A stretch of 64,000 nt of DNA. Source: Marsupella aquatica (Eukaryota > Plantae > Marchantiophyta). Below the pieces are notes generated by a model. The model made no database searches. It worked only from the letters and a program-made list of their open reading frames with translations, and was not told where the DNA came from. The position numbers were made by a program, and so were the translations under genes. The stretch covers positions 22,233,455-22,297,454 of the forward strand of contig OZ316897.1 of the NCBI GenBank assembly GCA_973895155.1. The letters run 5' to 3'. Below, in pieces: positions 26,496 to 38,300 of this stretch (its first letter is position 1; each line of letters opens with the position of its first letter).

Positions 26496-27490
26496 ATGTC
26501 AGCCGACGAGCCAGGAGGTAGCAGCTCATCGCCACCAACACCCCGGTACCACTTACGGAGTGATCCACGACCATTGGTGCCAATTTCATTGGAGTCTCGG
26601 CAATTTCGACGACGTCAGCAGACAGCAGCAGCACCCACACCATGCAACCCTTCTGCTACATTTGGCGGTCGCTTCACCTCTACCCCGAAGCCTGCTATCA
26701 CTTCTTTGCCTTTTTCTCCTTCTGCATCGGTGATTGTTCCAGCTTCACCGACATACAGCATGGATGCCAGCCACTCATCTGGCCGCATTGAGCGCTTCAG
26801 CGGGCGGCCAGGCACAGTCTCTTTACGTGAGTTCAAATCCACTTTCTACACTGTCGTTTACGAATTGGAGTTGAAGTATGGCAGCAATTTCACAAATGCT
26901 TTTGCATTTAAGCAGCTAGCCAGGTATGTGCACCACAAGGCTTTGGATGTGTATGAGCAGCATTCTCAACGGCTGCTTGCTGTCACACAATTGCCTAACC
27001 CTGCCTATGCCACTGCAATTGCGGCTGCCTCACAACTGGCATTACAGAATGCCATTGCAGCCCATGCTGCTGCTCCTGCCACTTCCCCTCCTACTCCAGT
27101 TCCCACCACTGCACCAGTTACTCCCACTGTCTTGGCACAGGCTACATCAGGCATTTCTCCCACCATTGATTCCCCTGCCTTTGCTGATCCAGTGGCTGAG
27201 TTTTTCCAGGTTCTTGAATTGGAATTCCCAATCAAGAGTGCTGACAAAATCATGCAGTTGACCACATTTGTGAGGCAGCGTGATGAAACATTGAAGATGT
27301 TGTATCGCCGGCTTCTCAAGCTGAAGGAAGACACCCAGAGCATCACTGACCTGGAAGCTGCTCATCGCTATCTTCGCGCGTTGGAGGGCACCCCAGCTCT
27401 CCAATCGCAAGTGTTGCAGCAAGTATTCTCAGAGTTTGGAGACAGCTACACCCTGCTCAATGTCTATGACACTGCTGAGAAACTTGAGTT
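26496..27490 (+). pseudogene. gag: gag N-terminal part of the DNMT retroelement (interrupted by the nested LTR element)
   Basis: IERFSGRPG...REFK and FVRQRDETLKMLYRRL capsid-like motifs; removing the insertion and one GAGTT restores the frame AEKLE-LAHAHYEAS into the 41042 ORF. The true start could be the ATG at 26760. Confidence 0.8.
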
Positions 27491-28880
27491 TGTCGTATAG
27501 TGCTAAGTATCAAAAGTGACTCTCCTCACCTAAAACCAGGGTTTCGATCCCTTTAAGAACAGATTTCAGAATGAATTGTATAACTTTTATCACTCCGAGT
27601 GATTTAGAGTCTTGAGCTCTATGTTGACTTCACTTCTCAATAAAAAAATCGAATAAACAAACAACAAAGTAACTGAACTTCTGATTTATGAATTAGAGAA
27701 GAAATGAGTAAGGATTTAGAGACTACAAGCTGCTACTGCCACTCCTTCAGAAAGGATTTGGGCTCAGTATAGACATGAAATCTATCTCATAATTCATCCA
27801 TCTCACTCTTCAAAACACAAAGGTTAATGATAATGGAATTCTCAATCTGATAAAGCAGAAGCTTTCTGATTGCAAATGAATGATATGATTTAAAATGCCG
27901 TCAACATGGTTTGACATCAGCGATACGCAATTCAGTCAAACTCTAAACCATATTCCAGAATCAAAGCAACAGTACTAACTACTCTGAGAATCAGAATTTA
28001 CTTCTCATTTATCATTAACTATTCTTGAATTGGCTAGCGAATCCTGACTCTGCAAGCAAGCCTAGCAGTGAATTCAATACGAGTTTCAGAAATCTGCAAC
28101 TGAATTCAATCACCACAGGAATCTCTTGAATTCAATCTTAACTTCAATCAATATAGCTTTACTTCCATACAAAACACTCACAGCATGCCTTGTTACAATG
28201 GAAGGAGGAGAAAACTATTCAGAAGACTCAATTCTGAATACAGTATTAACTCTATTTCTCTCTACTTCAAATGAGCATTCTACTCTGTCTTATAAGTGCT
28301 GGAATCCTAAAATGGAGGAGGTAAGAACAGTCGTGCCTTTCCAAGCTTAAAACTAAACAAGGGAGAAGCACAGCATAAGTACTTCAACAAGTGTGGTAGA
28401 ATACTACTTTACTAGTAATCTACTTCAAAAACTAAGTGTTGAGCGGACGCTGCTAGAAGCGTCGGGAGAATCTGGACGCTGCTAGAAGCGTCTTAAGTAA
28501 AACCAACGGACGCTGCTCACACTGCTCACAGCGTCAATACTAGGGTGGACGCTGCTCACAGCGTCGTGTGTTGAAGCTGACGCTTTCCACAGCGTCGGTC
28601 GAAATCCTCATAGAGTCTTGGTGGCGGTCGGGCACTGCCAAAAGCGTCATGAGGAGGTTGGACGCTTCCGCAGCGTCTTGAGTAAAAGAAACGGGCGCTG
28701 GTCACAGCGTCGGGCAAAGTACACTAGGAATCGTCAGGAAAGCCGGAGATGTCAAATATTTCTATAAGTGTCCAGAACAAGTAAATGTTGGCCGGAAGGT
28801 GTCTAAAGTGTAAGTAAATCTTGTGATATGCTAAAAATAAACAAGTTTCCAGAAAAAATTGCAGGGACACCCATACCACA
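27491..28880 (-). repeat. 3' LTR of the nested element
   Basis: Direct repeat of 39649-41038; only two substitutions noticed by eye. Confidence 0.97.
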
Positions 28881-28882
28881 TA

Positions 28883-28897
28883 GCCCTCCACTTAAAT
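28883..28897 (-). other. Polypurine-tract-like motif adjoining the 3' LTR (ATTTAAGTGGAGGGC)
   Basis: Abuts the 3' LTR; an identical 15-mer occurs at 32366-32380 just after pol. Confidence 0.7.
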
Positions 28898-28957
28898 TTC
28901 GCCGTGTCCCCACAAGACATGACCGAATTGAATCAGAAGCGAGTGACATGTTCTTCA

Positions 28958-29434
28958 TTAATAATATTCTGGCTTAATAATCCAAGTAGTGCTCAAAATC
29001 ATTGACGGGAGTTGGGAGATATCCGAATCCAGAATATAAAAATCGAGGTCATGGAATTCTTCTCCGATCTGTATTGGGACTCCTTTAACTCTTCCCCAAA
29101 GATTAATGATTCGTCCATCGATTGATATCTGAGCAGATATCGGTTGTACTTCTTGATGAACAAATTGCTGGCACAGTCTGTGGGAGAGGAAATTAATTCG
29201 AGAGCCTGGATCAATAACAAAGTGTTGAATAGCATGTCCTCCCAGTTTGATCTTGCCTTCAAAGGAATGTTGGAAAGCACGGGGTAAAGAATTCCAACAA
29301 TCCATAGTAGCTTTGATGTCCCACATGAGCAGATAAATATCAATTCGAAGGAGAAAGAAGGAAACAATTGCAGGATGCTGCAAAAGTAACGGCTTATATA
29401 CATATAAATGACAACACCGTTTGATATCTCTCAT
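28958..29434 (-). CDS. Extra ORF4: retropepsin-like (aspartic protease fold) domain, 158 aa
   Basis: IKLGGHAIQHFVIDPGSRINFLS ... GRVKGVPIQIG ... LDFYILD ... MILSTTWI parallels the element's own protease (IQGCVIRRVPVDGGASVNLIT ... GKLTKVETLIAG ... LDYVVIN ... VLLGRPWL). Confidence 0.6.
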   Translation of the reverse strand: MRDIKRCCHLYVYKPLLLQHPAIVSFFLLRIDIYLLMWDIKATMDCWNSLPRAFQHSFEGKIKLGGHAIQHFVIDPGSRINFLSHRLCQQFVHQEVQPISAQISIDGRIINLWGRVKGVPIQIGEEFHDLDFYILDSDISQLPSMILSTTWIIKPEYY

Positions 29435-29446
29435 AAATGGTGTCCT

Positions 29447-32020
29447 TCAAATCTGTGTCCTAGATAAAACACCTTGAATAATCACATCCGGATAAGAAGG
29501 AATAATAGGTAGGAACGCTAAACACCTAAGCGACTTGAACCCTTGGGAAGCCGGTAGCATACATTGTTTTGTAATCAACTGCTCCCTTAGCTTAACAAGC
29601 TTCTTCTCATATTTAATTGGAATAGCAAACCCACCAGGACAAACCCAAACATAGTATGGATAGGGCCATGGAATTTCCGGCACAAGGGGCGGAAATGGAG
29701 CTTGAGCTCGTCGAAGCATATACACCCAACACCAAATTTCGAACTCCGAAAACTTATGTCGTCTGTCCTTATCAATGGGAGGAACCGCCTTCCCAGGTTC
29801 ATATGTGCGAATCAAACTACGAATCCTCGGATGGGATGTCATTGGCAAAATCTGCTGCTGCTGCAAAATGCTCTCCATCTCCAGATGTCGAAAAGCTACT
29901 CGAAATTGTTTCTTCTCCCACCTGTGAATTGAAGCCAAATTAGGGATAGGATTTCGGGGTGGCAAATCCACTGTATGCCGAAGTCGAGGAGGTACTCTGA
30001 TAATGCGAGGGTCTTCGTCTTCTTCTCCATCACTTGGTGCTCCTATCCAACGGAAAATTACATCTGGCATAGCGGAAGGAATCACTGACTCCTTAACTGG
30101 TCGAATTGGCAATGTAACAGGAGACGAAGGAGCAGAAGGTTCGGGCTCCAGTGGTTCAAATTCTTCTCTTGCAACAGTAGCTGGTTGATCTGCAATGGAA
30201 TGCATTGGTACTAAAACAGGAAGTTCTTCTTTAAAATTATCGCTAGGTAAAGAGACTTCCTGGTTAGTTCGATCTGTCAAAAGTACAGGAAGGGGTAGCT
30301 CGTCTGTTCCGATAGGTGCTTCTCCCTGTTCAAAATCCTGGGAAGATGCTTCAGGAAAGATCTGTCGACTGATAGCATGGCGCAACCGTTTCCAAGATTT
30401 TCGAGTATACGTCACTGAAAACTCCTCCCGAATGTTTTTATCCTCGTTTGTAGCCAATGAAACTGGTGCTGAGCTGGTTGTCGAAGCGGGTGTCTCGGGT
30501 ACCAATATGGGTACAGATATACCCATATTACCAGATACCTGATTGCGACTCGGAAAACCAGCAGAGCCTCCTTCAATCAACTCATCTTCAGGAGAAACCC
30601 ATTTTACAGGCGGAAATGAAGGAGCTCCTATCGCGGCTATTGCCTCATCTAATTCCTTAGTTATATCCAAAGGAATCGATATGAGTGAACCAGGTGTAGA
30701 CCAGGCAGGGTATCTTGCGACAGATTGGGGAGAAGTCACTGGTTCACCTACTTCGTCTATATCCACAATTGCATCCTCCGAATCAACTTTAACCAGCTTC
30801 ACAATTTCTGAGCTTAATATTTCTGACTCCTGGACCAGAGGGATTTCACCTATATTTGGGCTAGAACTAAGAGAGTCGGACGAATCATACTCCTGTAAAG
30901 CCTGCAAAGCATCACTATTTGCCTCTATGGGAACCAAAACAGGGGTAGAAGTAAATCCATCATACTCGTCCTCAGCAGTAGAATGTTGAAGAGGTTCCCC
31001 TGAAAAACCTTCTTCATCCACCCTCACCTCATCTTCAACATTCATCCGAGAAGCAGAATTATCCTGATCAACATCATAAATAGGCTCGGCAGCACAAGGT
31101 GAACACGAGAGTCGAGGTGACATAGAATGCTCCAACCCTGTTGGCATTGCTGAAGGAACATCTTCGGCAACTTGAGCCTCTCTTGGTTGGTGAAGAATCG
31201 GATCGTCACTCCCTTCAGCTGATGCTCTTGTCTCTTTCAATTTCCGAACTTCACCCACCAGTTCAGGTTCCTCACAGTCGAGTATTGCACATAGCTCTAC
31301 CACTGTGGAATTGGCTCGGACTTCTCGTACTTCAGGCATATAATTTGCTTCACCGGTAGATGCTCTCTGATTGTTGCGATAAAAATCTTTTTCCAAGACA
31401 AGCAGACAGTCATACTTATGGTAAATGTGAGCTAAATAAGGGGCCAAGTAGGTACACCTTATTTTCCCCGTTTTCAGCCTGCTACGAAAATTTTTGACCT
31501 GAGTATGAATTACTCGGTGCAAAACCTTCGTCCAATTGATAGACTGCGTCTGTTCTAATGAACAGATCACCGTTGCAGCGAACGAAAGAGTGATGCGCGT
31601 CTGGCTTTCTGGGTAGAAAATTGGTGCCAGAAATCGAAATAGACGCTGCAGAGAATTATCTAAGCAGTCCGCCGCTAGCCATCCATTCCGCCTCTTGAAG
31701 GATCCTGGAGCGAAGAAGGATTCTACATAAACCCGAGGCTCACAATCAACCCTCTGTAAATCCTCGCCCTCCATCGGCGTCGAATAGACCTTCGCTATGA
31801 GCGCTTCAGTCCAAACACTGGGACGCGAGCGCACATCAATCCTTTCTTCAGCGTCCCAGACACCTTGATCGATAAGGCTGAATTCGCAAATCTTCCAAGG
31901 AAGTTGAAGCAGCTTCTTCAAGCCCATTTTTGCCAGAGCCGTCTTCAACTGCCGCCTATGCACTGCATTCGATGGAATGTCTGTGAGTATTGGTCGCGTC
32001 GTCAGCTCAGTCTCCGCCAT
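29447..32020 (-). CDS. Extra ORF3 (env-position accessory protein), 857 aa, unknown function
   Basis: Long uninterrupted ORF between the two PPT motifs; globular N-terminal ~210 aa, acidic/Pro-rich middle, basic/aromatic C-terminal domain. Confidence 0.8.
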   Translation of the reverse strand: MAETELTTRPILTDIPSNAVHRRQLKTALAKMGLKKLLQLPWKICEFSLIDQGVWDAEERIDVRSRPSVWTEALIAKVYSTPMEGEDLQRVDCEPRVYVESFFAPGSFKRRNGWLAADCLDNSLQRLFRFLAPIFYPESQTRITLSFAATVICSLEQTQSINWTKVLHRVIHTQVKNFRSRLKTGKIRCTYLAPYLAHIYHKYDCLLVLEKDFYRNNQRASTGEANYMPEVREVRANSTVVELCAILDCEEPELVGEVRKLKETRASAEGSDDPILHQPREAQVAEDVPSAMPTGLEHSMSPRLSCSPCAAEPIYDVDQDNSASRMNVEDEVRVDEEGFSGEPLQHSTAEDEYDGFTSTPVLVPIEANSDALQALQEYDSSDSLSSSPNIGEIPLVQESEILSSEIVKLVKVDSEDAIVDIDEVGEPVTSPQSVARYPAWSTPGSLISIPLDITKELDEAIAAIGAPSFPPVKWVSPEDELIEGGSAGFPSRNQVSGNMGISVPILVPETPASTTSSAPVSLATNEDKNIREEFSVTYTRKSWKRLRHAISRQIFPEASSQDFEQGEAPIGTDELPLPVLLTDRTNQEVSLPSDNFKEELPVLVPMHSIADQPATVAREEFEPLEPEPSAPSSPVTLPIRPVKESVIPSAMPDVIFRWIGAPSDGEEDEDPRIIRVPPRLRHTVDLPPRNPIPNLASIHRWEKKQFRVAFRHLEMESILQQQQILPMTSHPRIRSLIRTYEPGKAVPPIDKDRRHKFSEFEIWCWVYMLRRAQAPFPPLVPEIPWPYPYYVWVCPGGFAIPIKYEKKLVKLREQLITKQCMLPASQGFKSLRCLAFLPIIPSYPDVIIQGVLSRTQI

Positions 32021-32403
32021 CGCGTGACTTGTTAGCTCCGTAAGCTCAGTGAGAATCGTGTTCCATAGTGAACTAGGGCGAAGCGCGACTGCTTACTCCT
32101 CAGCGTCCCGTTGAGCTGTCGCAATCCGCCATTGTACAAGATGCCTAGTCATCGGCTCACAGCGTCTCATGCAACTGAACTAATACAAAAGCGGACCTCT
32201 GCACAACGTCCTTTGTAAACTAAGTGGACGCTTCCCCAGCGTCGAGTTACAATGGACGCTTTTCACAGCGTCCAATGTAAAAACTGAAAGTAACTAAAAA
32301 AAATTAAAAAAATATGCCGAATACTTACTAGGGAGGGTCACTAATTCTAACTAAGTATAACTACCGCCCTCCACTTAAATTGCAACCTGTCCCAGGTGGA
32401 ATT

Positions 32404-35376
32404 CTAAATGGAAGACTCATAGTACCGTTTAATCCTAAACCCATTGATTCTAGTGTTAAGTGGGTGACCATCTAAGGTAGTCAATGAAACTGAACCATTA
32501 TCCCAGATGTGTGTAACTCGGTAAGGACCAATCCAATGAGTATGAAGTTTCCCAGGAAATAGCATATAACGAGAATCAAAGACTAATGCTAAATCACCAA
32601 CATCTAACTGCACTACGCGCAGCTTCTTATCATAAGCAAGTTTACGCTGGTTCTGAATGGTGACTGTATGGTCTAATGCTAAAAGTCTAACTTCTTCTAA
32701 TTTAACAATATTGGAAAACCGATGTGAGAGACTATCTGAAGGAGAGAGTCGGTGTGGTACCAAGATACGTTCCGTTGGTAACGAAAATTCTATTGGAATA
32801 ATACTATTCAGGCCATAGGTCAGATAGAAGGGGGTGTGAAGAGTTGTAATCTTCTCAGCGGTGCGGTAAGCCCATAATGCAGAATGGAGCTTCACATCCC
32901 AATCTGTCTTGTGAGATTCTACCATTTTATTCAGAATCTTGCCCATAATGCCATTAGCTCTCTCGGTTAAGCCATTAGCTCGGGGGTTGTAAGGAGTAGT
33001 TTTGCGATGCTTGATAAGATAAAGGTCAGTGATTAACTCAATAGTTGAGTTAAGAAAATGCAAACCCCTATCGCTTACCAACTCCAAAGGACAACCAAAC
33101 CGGGTGATAATGTGCTCAAAGAGAAATGCAGCTGCGGTTATAGCATCATTCTTGCGAGTAGCTTTCGCCTCTACCCATTTGGTGGCATAATCAGTGGCCA
33201 GAATAATATATTTGCTTCGGCTTTTCCGAGCTGCTGGAGAAATTGGGCCAATAAAATCAATCCCCCATTTCTCAAATGGTGCCAACGGAAGGATAGGCGT
33301 AAGAGGCCATTTGGAACTAGCAGTGGGCTTCCCGATCCTTTGACAGGGATCACAGGTCTTAATAAAATTGTAAGTATCTCGATGCATAGTAGGCCACCAG
33401 TATCCAGCATCCAAAATTTTCTTAACTGTGGTATTCACAGCATAATGCCCACCGGTTTCTCCTGAATGTAAAGCTTCAATTACTTGGGGAAGTTCCCTAT
33501 CCTCTAGACAACGTCGCAATTGTTGATCAGGACCTTGTTTAAACAAAGTGCCCCGAATAATGGTATAGGGACCCACCTTATGAGCAAAGACAGCTCGTTC
33601 TTCCGCATTAAAGCCTTCAGGGAACGTTCCATGAAGCAGCATGTGCACAATATTAAAATATCGAGAAGACTCCCCTTCAATGTGCCACAAATGCTCGTCA
33701 GGAAATTCATCGGAGAGATTATGCTGATTCTCCGGACCAGGTAACCGAGATAGGAAGTCTGCATTCTCATGATGTTTGCCAGGTCGGACATGAACTTCAT
33801 AATCAAATTCTTGGAGTAGTAAAACCCAGCGGGCTACTCGTCCTGAGAGATCCACTTGGTTAACCAAATATTTTAAGGAATTATGATCAGTGTGAAAAGT
33901 AACCTGATACCCCAACAAATAGTGACGAAATTTCTTACACGCAAAGACGATGGCCAAAGCTTCCCGTTCAGTGACGGAGTAGTTTTTCTCGGCTGCACTC
34001 ATTTGGCGGCTGGCATAGTAAATTGGATGGTCACGGTTTTCCACATCCTTCTGACTGAGATTAGCTCCAATGCAGAACGCAGAAGAGTCAATGAAGACAT
34101 GAAACTTCTTAGTCCAATCTGGGGGTGACAAAATAGGTGCAGAGATTAACCGATCCTTGAGCAACTGGAATGCTTGCTGCCGCTCCTCATTCCATGTATA
34201 TTCCACATCACTTTTTAACAGTTGGGTTAAGGGTAAGGCAATATTAGCATGTTTATAAATGAACCGACGATAATACCCCACATGTCCCAGAAAAGCACGA
34301 AGCTGCTTTAAATCGGTCGGTGGTTGCAACTCCATAATTACTCTAACCTTCTCTGTATCAACCTCAATGCCGCGTTGTGAAATAACATGGCCTAACAAAA
34401 TTCCCTCCTTCATACCAATAAAGCACTTTTCTGGATGAAGACACAACTGAGCCTCTCTACACTTCTGAAATGTCTTCTCCAAATGGACGAGGTGTTCAGC
34501 CGCTGACCCGTAAACACAAAAGTCGTCAATAAAAATCTCCATGAAATGCCGCAAATATTCTTGAAAAATAATCATCATAATGCGCTGAAAAGTACCCGGG
34601 GCATTACACAGCCCAAAAGGCATCATGGTAAATGCATATGTACCCCAGTCGGTGGTGAACGTAGTCTTGTCGCGATCCTCCTTCCGAATGGACACCTGGT
34701 TATAACCAGAGTACCCATCTAAAAAACTGTATAACTCATGCAAGGCCACTGAATCAAGTACCAGATCAATAAATGGCAAAGGATAATGATCTTTCCGAGT
34801 GGCAGCATTCAACTTCCGGAAGTCTTGACAAACGCGAATTTTCGTTTTACCATCGGGTCCCGGCTTTTTGGGGACAATGACAATTGGTGAGACCCATTCA
34901 CTACTCAAGACCGGGTAGATAAATCCAGCAGTCGTGAGCTTGTCCAACTCGTCTTTAACCAGGATGGAATATTTGGGATTCAAACGGTACTGTCTCTGTC
35001 GGACAGGTACTGCTCCTTCCATAAGGTCAATACGATGTTCGCCCAAATGTGGATGGATACCTTTTAAATCAGAATGACTCCAGGCAAAGACATCTTTATA
35101 CTGGGTTAATAAACTGATATACTGTTCCCGTAGCTCTCCTTCGATATGCTTACCAATATTCAAAAACTTGCCTGGCTCAATTTCGATTTTCTGACAAGCT
35201 TTTGGATCCACAATTCCATCCGTGAGGTTTGCCGGCTGAAGTCCAAGTTTGGATACTTCTGGTGCAAATGGCTCAAGGGTAGCTGACACTCCCATATCAT
35301 GGTGTAAATCCCTATTAGCCTCAGTATTAGGAGGTTCGTCTGCTGCTGGGCCCACTTCCGATGATGAAGTTAATTG
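32404..35376 (-). CDS. pol: pol (RT-RNaseH-integrase) of the nested element
   Basis: RVCQDFRKLN, LDGYSGYNQ, MPFGLCNAP, FIDD, IDSSAFCIG, TDHNSL, H-H-C-C zinc finger, WGIDF, SDRG, ERAN, GPY; same frame as gag-PR beyond a single TGA. Confidence 0.95.
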   Translation of the reverse strand, partial: QLTSSSEVGPAADEPPNTEANRDLHHDMGVSATLEPFAPEVSKLGLQPANLTDGIVDPKACQKIEIEPGKFLNIGKHIEGELREQYISLLTQYKDVFAWSHSDLKGIHPHLGEHRIDLMEGAVPVRQRQYRLNPKYSILVKDELDKLTTAGFIYPVLSSEWVSPIVIVPKKPGPDGKTKIRVCQDFRKLNAATRKDHYPLPFIDLVLDSVALHELYSFLDGYSGYNQVSIRKEDRDKTTFTTDWGTYAFTMMPFGLCNAPGTFQRIMMIIFQEYLRHFMEIFIDDFCVYGSAAEHLVHLEKTFQKCREAQLCLHPEKCFIGMKEGILLGHVISQRGIEVDTEKVRVIMELQPPTDLKQLRAFLGHVGYYRRFIYKHANIALPLTQLLKSDVEYTWNEERQQAFQLLKDRLISAPILSPPDWTKKFHVFIDSSAFCIGANLSQKDVENRDHPIYYASRQMSAAEKNYSVTEREALAIVFACKKFRHYLLGYQVTFHTDHNSLKYLVNQVDLSGRVARWVLLLQEFDYEVHVRPGKHHENADFLSRLPGPENQHNLSDEFPDEHLWHIEGESSRYFNIVHMLLHGTFPEGFNAEERAVFAHKVGPYTIIRGTLFKQGPDQQLRRCLEDRELPQVIEALHSGETGGHYAVNTTVKKILDAGYWWPTMHRDTYNFIKTCDPCQRIGKPTASSKWPLTPILPLAPFEKWGIDFIGPISPAARKSRSKYIILATDYATKWVEAKATRKNDAITAAAFLFEHIITRFGCPLELVSDRGLHFLNSTIELITDLYLIKHRKTTPYNPRANGLTERANGIMGKILNKMVESHKTDWDVKLHSALWAYRTAEKITTLHTPFYLTYGLNSIIPIEFSLPTERILVPHRLSPSDSLSHRFSNIVKLEEVRLLALDHTVTIQNQRKLAYDKKLRVVQLDVGDLALVFDSRYMLFPGKLHTHWIGPYRVTHIWDNGSVSLTTLDGHPLNTRINGFRIKRYYESSI

Positions 35377-38300
35377 TCAGGAGGGCCTAGTTGGTTTTAT
35401 GGGAGCATCAGACAGATAAACTTCCAAGTAACGAACTTCCTCCAGTTCAAATTCCAATGGCTGCAGGACTAGCGAAGAGGTCGAAAAATCCGAGGTGTAC
35501 CCATCATCTGTTTGTGTTTCTCCAAAATGTGGTTCCGGAACCCAACTAACAGTCACCTTAGGCTTCCCAAATGAAAGCTCTTGAGATTGCCAATTAACCT
35601 GAACTTGAGCCTTATACAACCATGGTCGGCCTAACAAAACAGGAAAGCTGGATGGTATTTCCGGATTAATAACCACATAATCCAACAGAAAAGGGACACC
35701 AGCAATCAAAGTTTCTACTTTGGTCAGCTTCCCTATGGGTACCACACGAGACTGATCCGCCATGCGCAAAATCTTGGGAGTGGGCTCAAACTTAGTGAAA
35801 CCCAAATTAAATGCTGCTGACTGTGTAATCAGATTAACGCTGGCTCCTCCATCCACAGGAACTCTCCGAATGACACACCCCTGGATTTGAACCTCAATTT
35901 CCATCGGTCCTTTGTCCTCCCACTCTGTTCGTAGCACATCCACAGAAGGTAACTTCTTCTTCCTCCGTTTTCCTGCAAGGAGGCTCCTCAGCTGTCGCCT
36001 ATAAACCGGATTGTCCTGTAATAATTCCCCAATGGTGATATGTGCAGGATGATTCTTGACATCTTCAACAATATCATAACCTGGATTTTTCAGTGGCTCT
36101 TTAGCTTTGACTACTACTGGTGGGTTAGGAGATTGCACTTGCTCCTTAACTAGCTCTTCCAGATGGTCTTTCACTTCCAAAGAGATGTCGGGCAAGAAGT
36201 ATTTTGGGTCATATCGGTCATAAGCAGGGTCATCTTCTTTGTCGAGGCCTTCCTTACATGGCTTGCGCCCTTCATCCTTGGGAGCTTTCGCGACCTTCTG
36301 ATGCTCGTGCTTCTTGGTCTCCTTTTTCTTCGAACGAGTAGTTGCGTAAATATTAGTCAGAACTTTATCCCGATTCTGAACTCGATCATTCGGCATACCA
36401 ACTACTTCAGGTTTCACTAAATGACTTACCAAGACATCAGGCACCACCCCGGATACTGGTTGATGAAAAAGTGAATCTGGCTTTAATTCCACCCGATTTA
36501 CATCCATATGTTGAATGAAGCTGCATTGCTCCATCTCTTCAGAATAAACCATCCGAATCTTGGCTTCAGGTCGACTTGCTTCTTTAACTGGCTCTTGAGC
36601 AAATCGAACCATCAGCCTAGGCTTAGCCGGATTCGGGCATTCCACCGGTAAGTGTCCTTCTTTTCCACAGTTCCCACAGACAGGTGTATACCCCACCTCC
36701 TGTTTGGGATAAGGGCACTGGGGTGAATAATGATCAGGTTGGCCACAATTCCAACAAGCCCCTTTTTGACGCGGCATTCCTCGTGGTGGGTATCCTCCCG
36801 GGGGTCCCATGGGTGGTCTTGACGTTGGTTTATTGAAAGTGGGCTTAGGTGGTCCCCAAGTCGGTCTGGAAGCAGGAGGTGGTGGGAAATACTGTCCAGG
36901 GGGTGCTGTTTGGACGGTATACGTGGGATCGTACTCATACTCCTCAGCCTCTTCTTGACCATCTACATAATTCACCGGGGTTCGTAATGTGGGGCACTCG
37001 TTCGGGTAATGGCCCTGCTGACTGCATCGGGTGCACCATACGTTCATTCTCATGGGAGCAGGCAACCTTCGTACTGGTTTTACCGCGGCGATATTGACAT
37101 TCAACTTGGACAATTGGCCAGAGAGTTCTTCCATCATGCGATCCATCTTCTTCTGGTTGGGAACTTTATTATTCCCTTTTACAGAGGATTTCTTCTTTTT
37201 AGGAGCAACGGATTCTGAGTCGGAACTTGAGCTTGAACTATCACTAGTGCTCGAATTTGTACTCTCGTCCTCCTCACTAGTGCTACTTTCACTTGATTCC
37301 GTCTCCGAGTCAGATTTAGACCTGGACGTTTTCTTCTTCTTTCTTTTGTCTTTCTTCAGGTCCTTCTTAACTCGTTTTCTCTCTGAAATCTCCGAGTCTA
37401 CGTACTTCTGGGCTGCCTCTTGTACTTCTTCCAAAGTGGTGCCACCTTCTCGTCTCACGTAACGAGCAATCCTGGAGGGTAAACCGTTAATAAACCAGTC
37501 CTTGATAGTAGATTTCGAGGTAGCTGGATTATATTGATCTACCAAATCCAATAATTTGTCGGCATATTTCCTCACAGACCCATGTTTCTTCATGTGCAGA
37601 TGTGAGATTCGGGCAAAGGCACGCGCAGCTGCTCCTTCTTCTTTATATTTGGCCAAGAAAGCAGCCTTCAATTTCCCCCAATCCTGCTTGTCCGGAAAAC
37701 GGTCATACCATTTCTGAGCACCCTTTTTCATTAGACCACCAAACAGATTGGCTTTTTCAGCGTCTTGACTCTGTCCATTGGATGCAGCTGCAGCTTCAAA
37801 TTCTTTCAAATACACCTCTGCATCCTCCTTGGAAGTACCGAAGAACCGGTCGTACCTCACATTATTTCGAGCCATCGTGGTTGGAGCTAGGAGGGTAACG
37901 AAAGGAAGAGCTGATCGGGTAGCAAATGGGTTTGGGCTGCCCAAGCCTGAACTGCTGCTTGTCTTACTAGAAGACGAACCACCGGCTTCACTCAGTGGTT
38001 CTGGATTATCCAATTGTGAAAGATCGACAGAATTATCTTGGGCCAGCGATTCTGCAACTGTATTCTCGGGTAAACCCAAATTTCTTCCTTCGGTATGAGA
38101 TAAGGCCCTCTCAGTGGTACTATCCACACCAGAGTCAATTTGGTTCACCGAACGTACTGTCTGCTGGCGGAGCTTGGTCTTTTGAGAACCAATAAGTTTT
38201 GGACCTGAACGAAGATTTACAAACAGGGGTCGGGTCGACGTGGGCCTTTCCAAAGAGCCACTTGCCTCTTGAATAGATCCCACTTGTTTCCACACACTAC

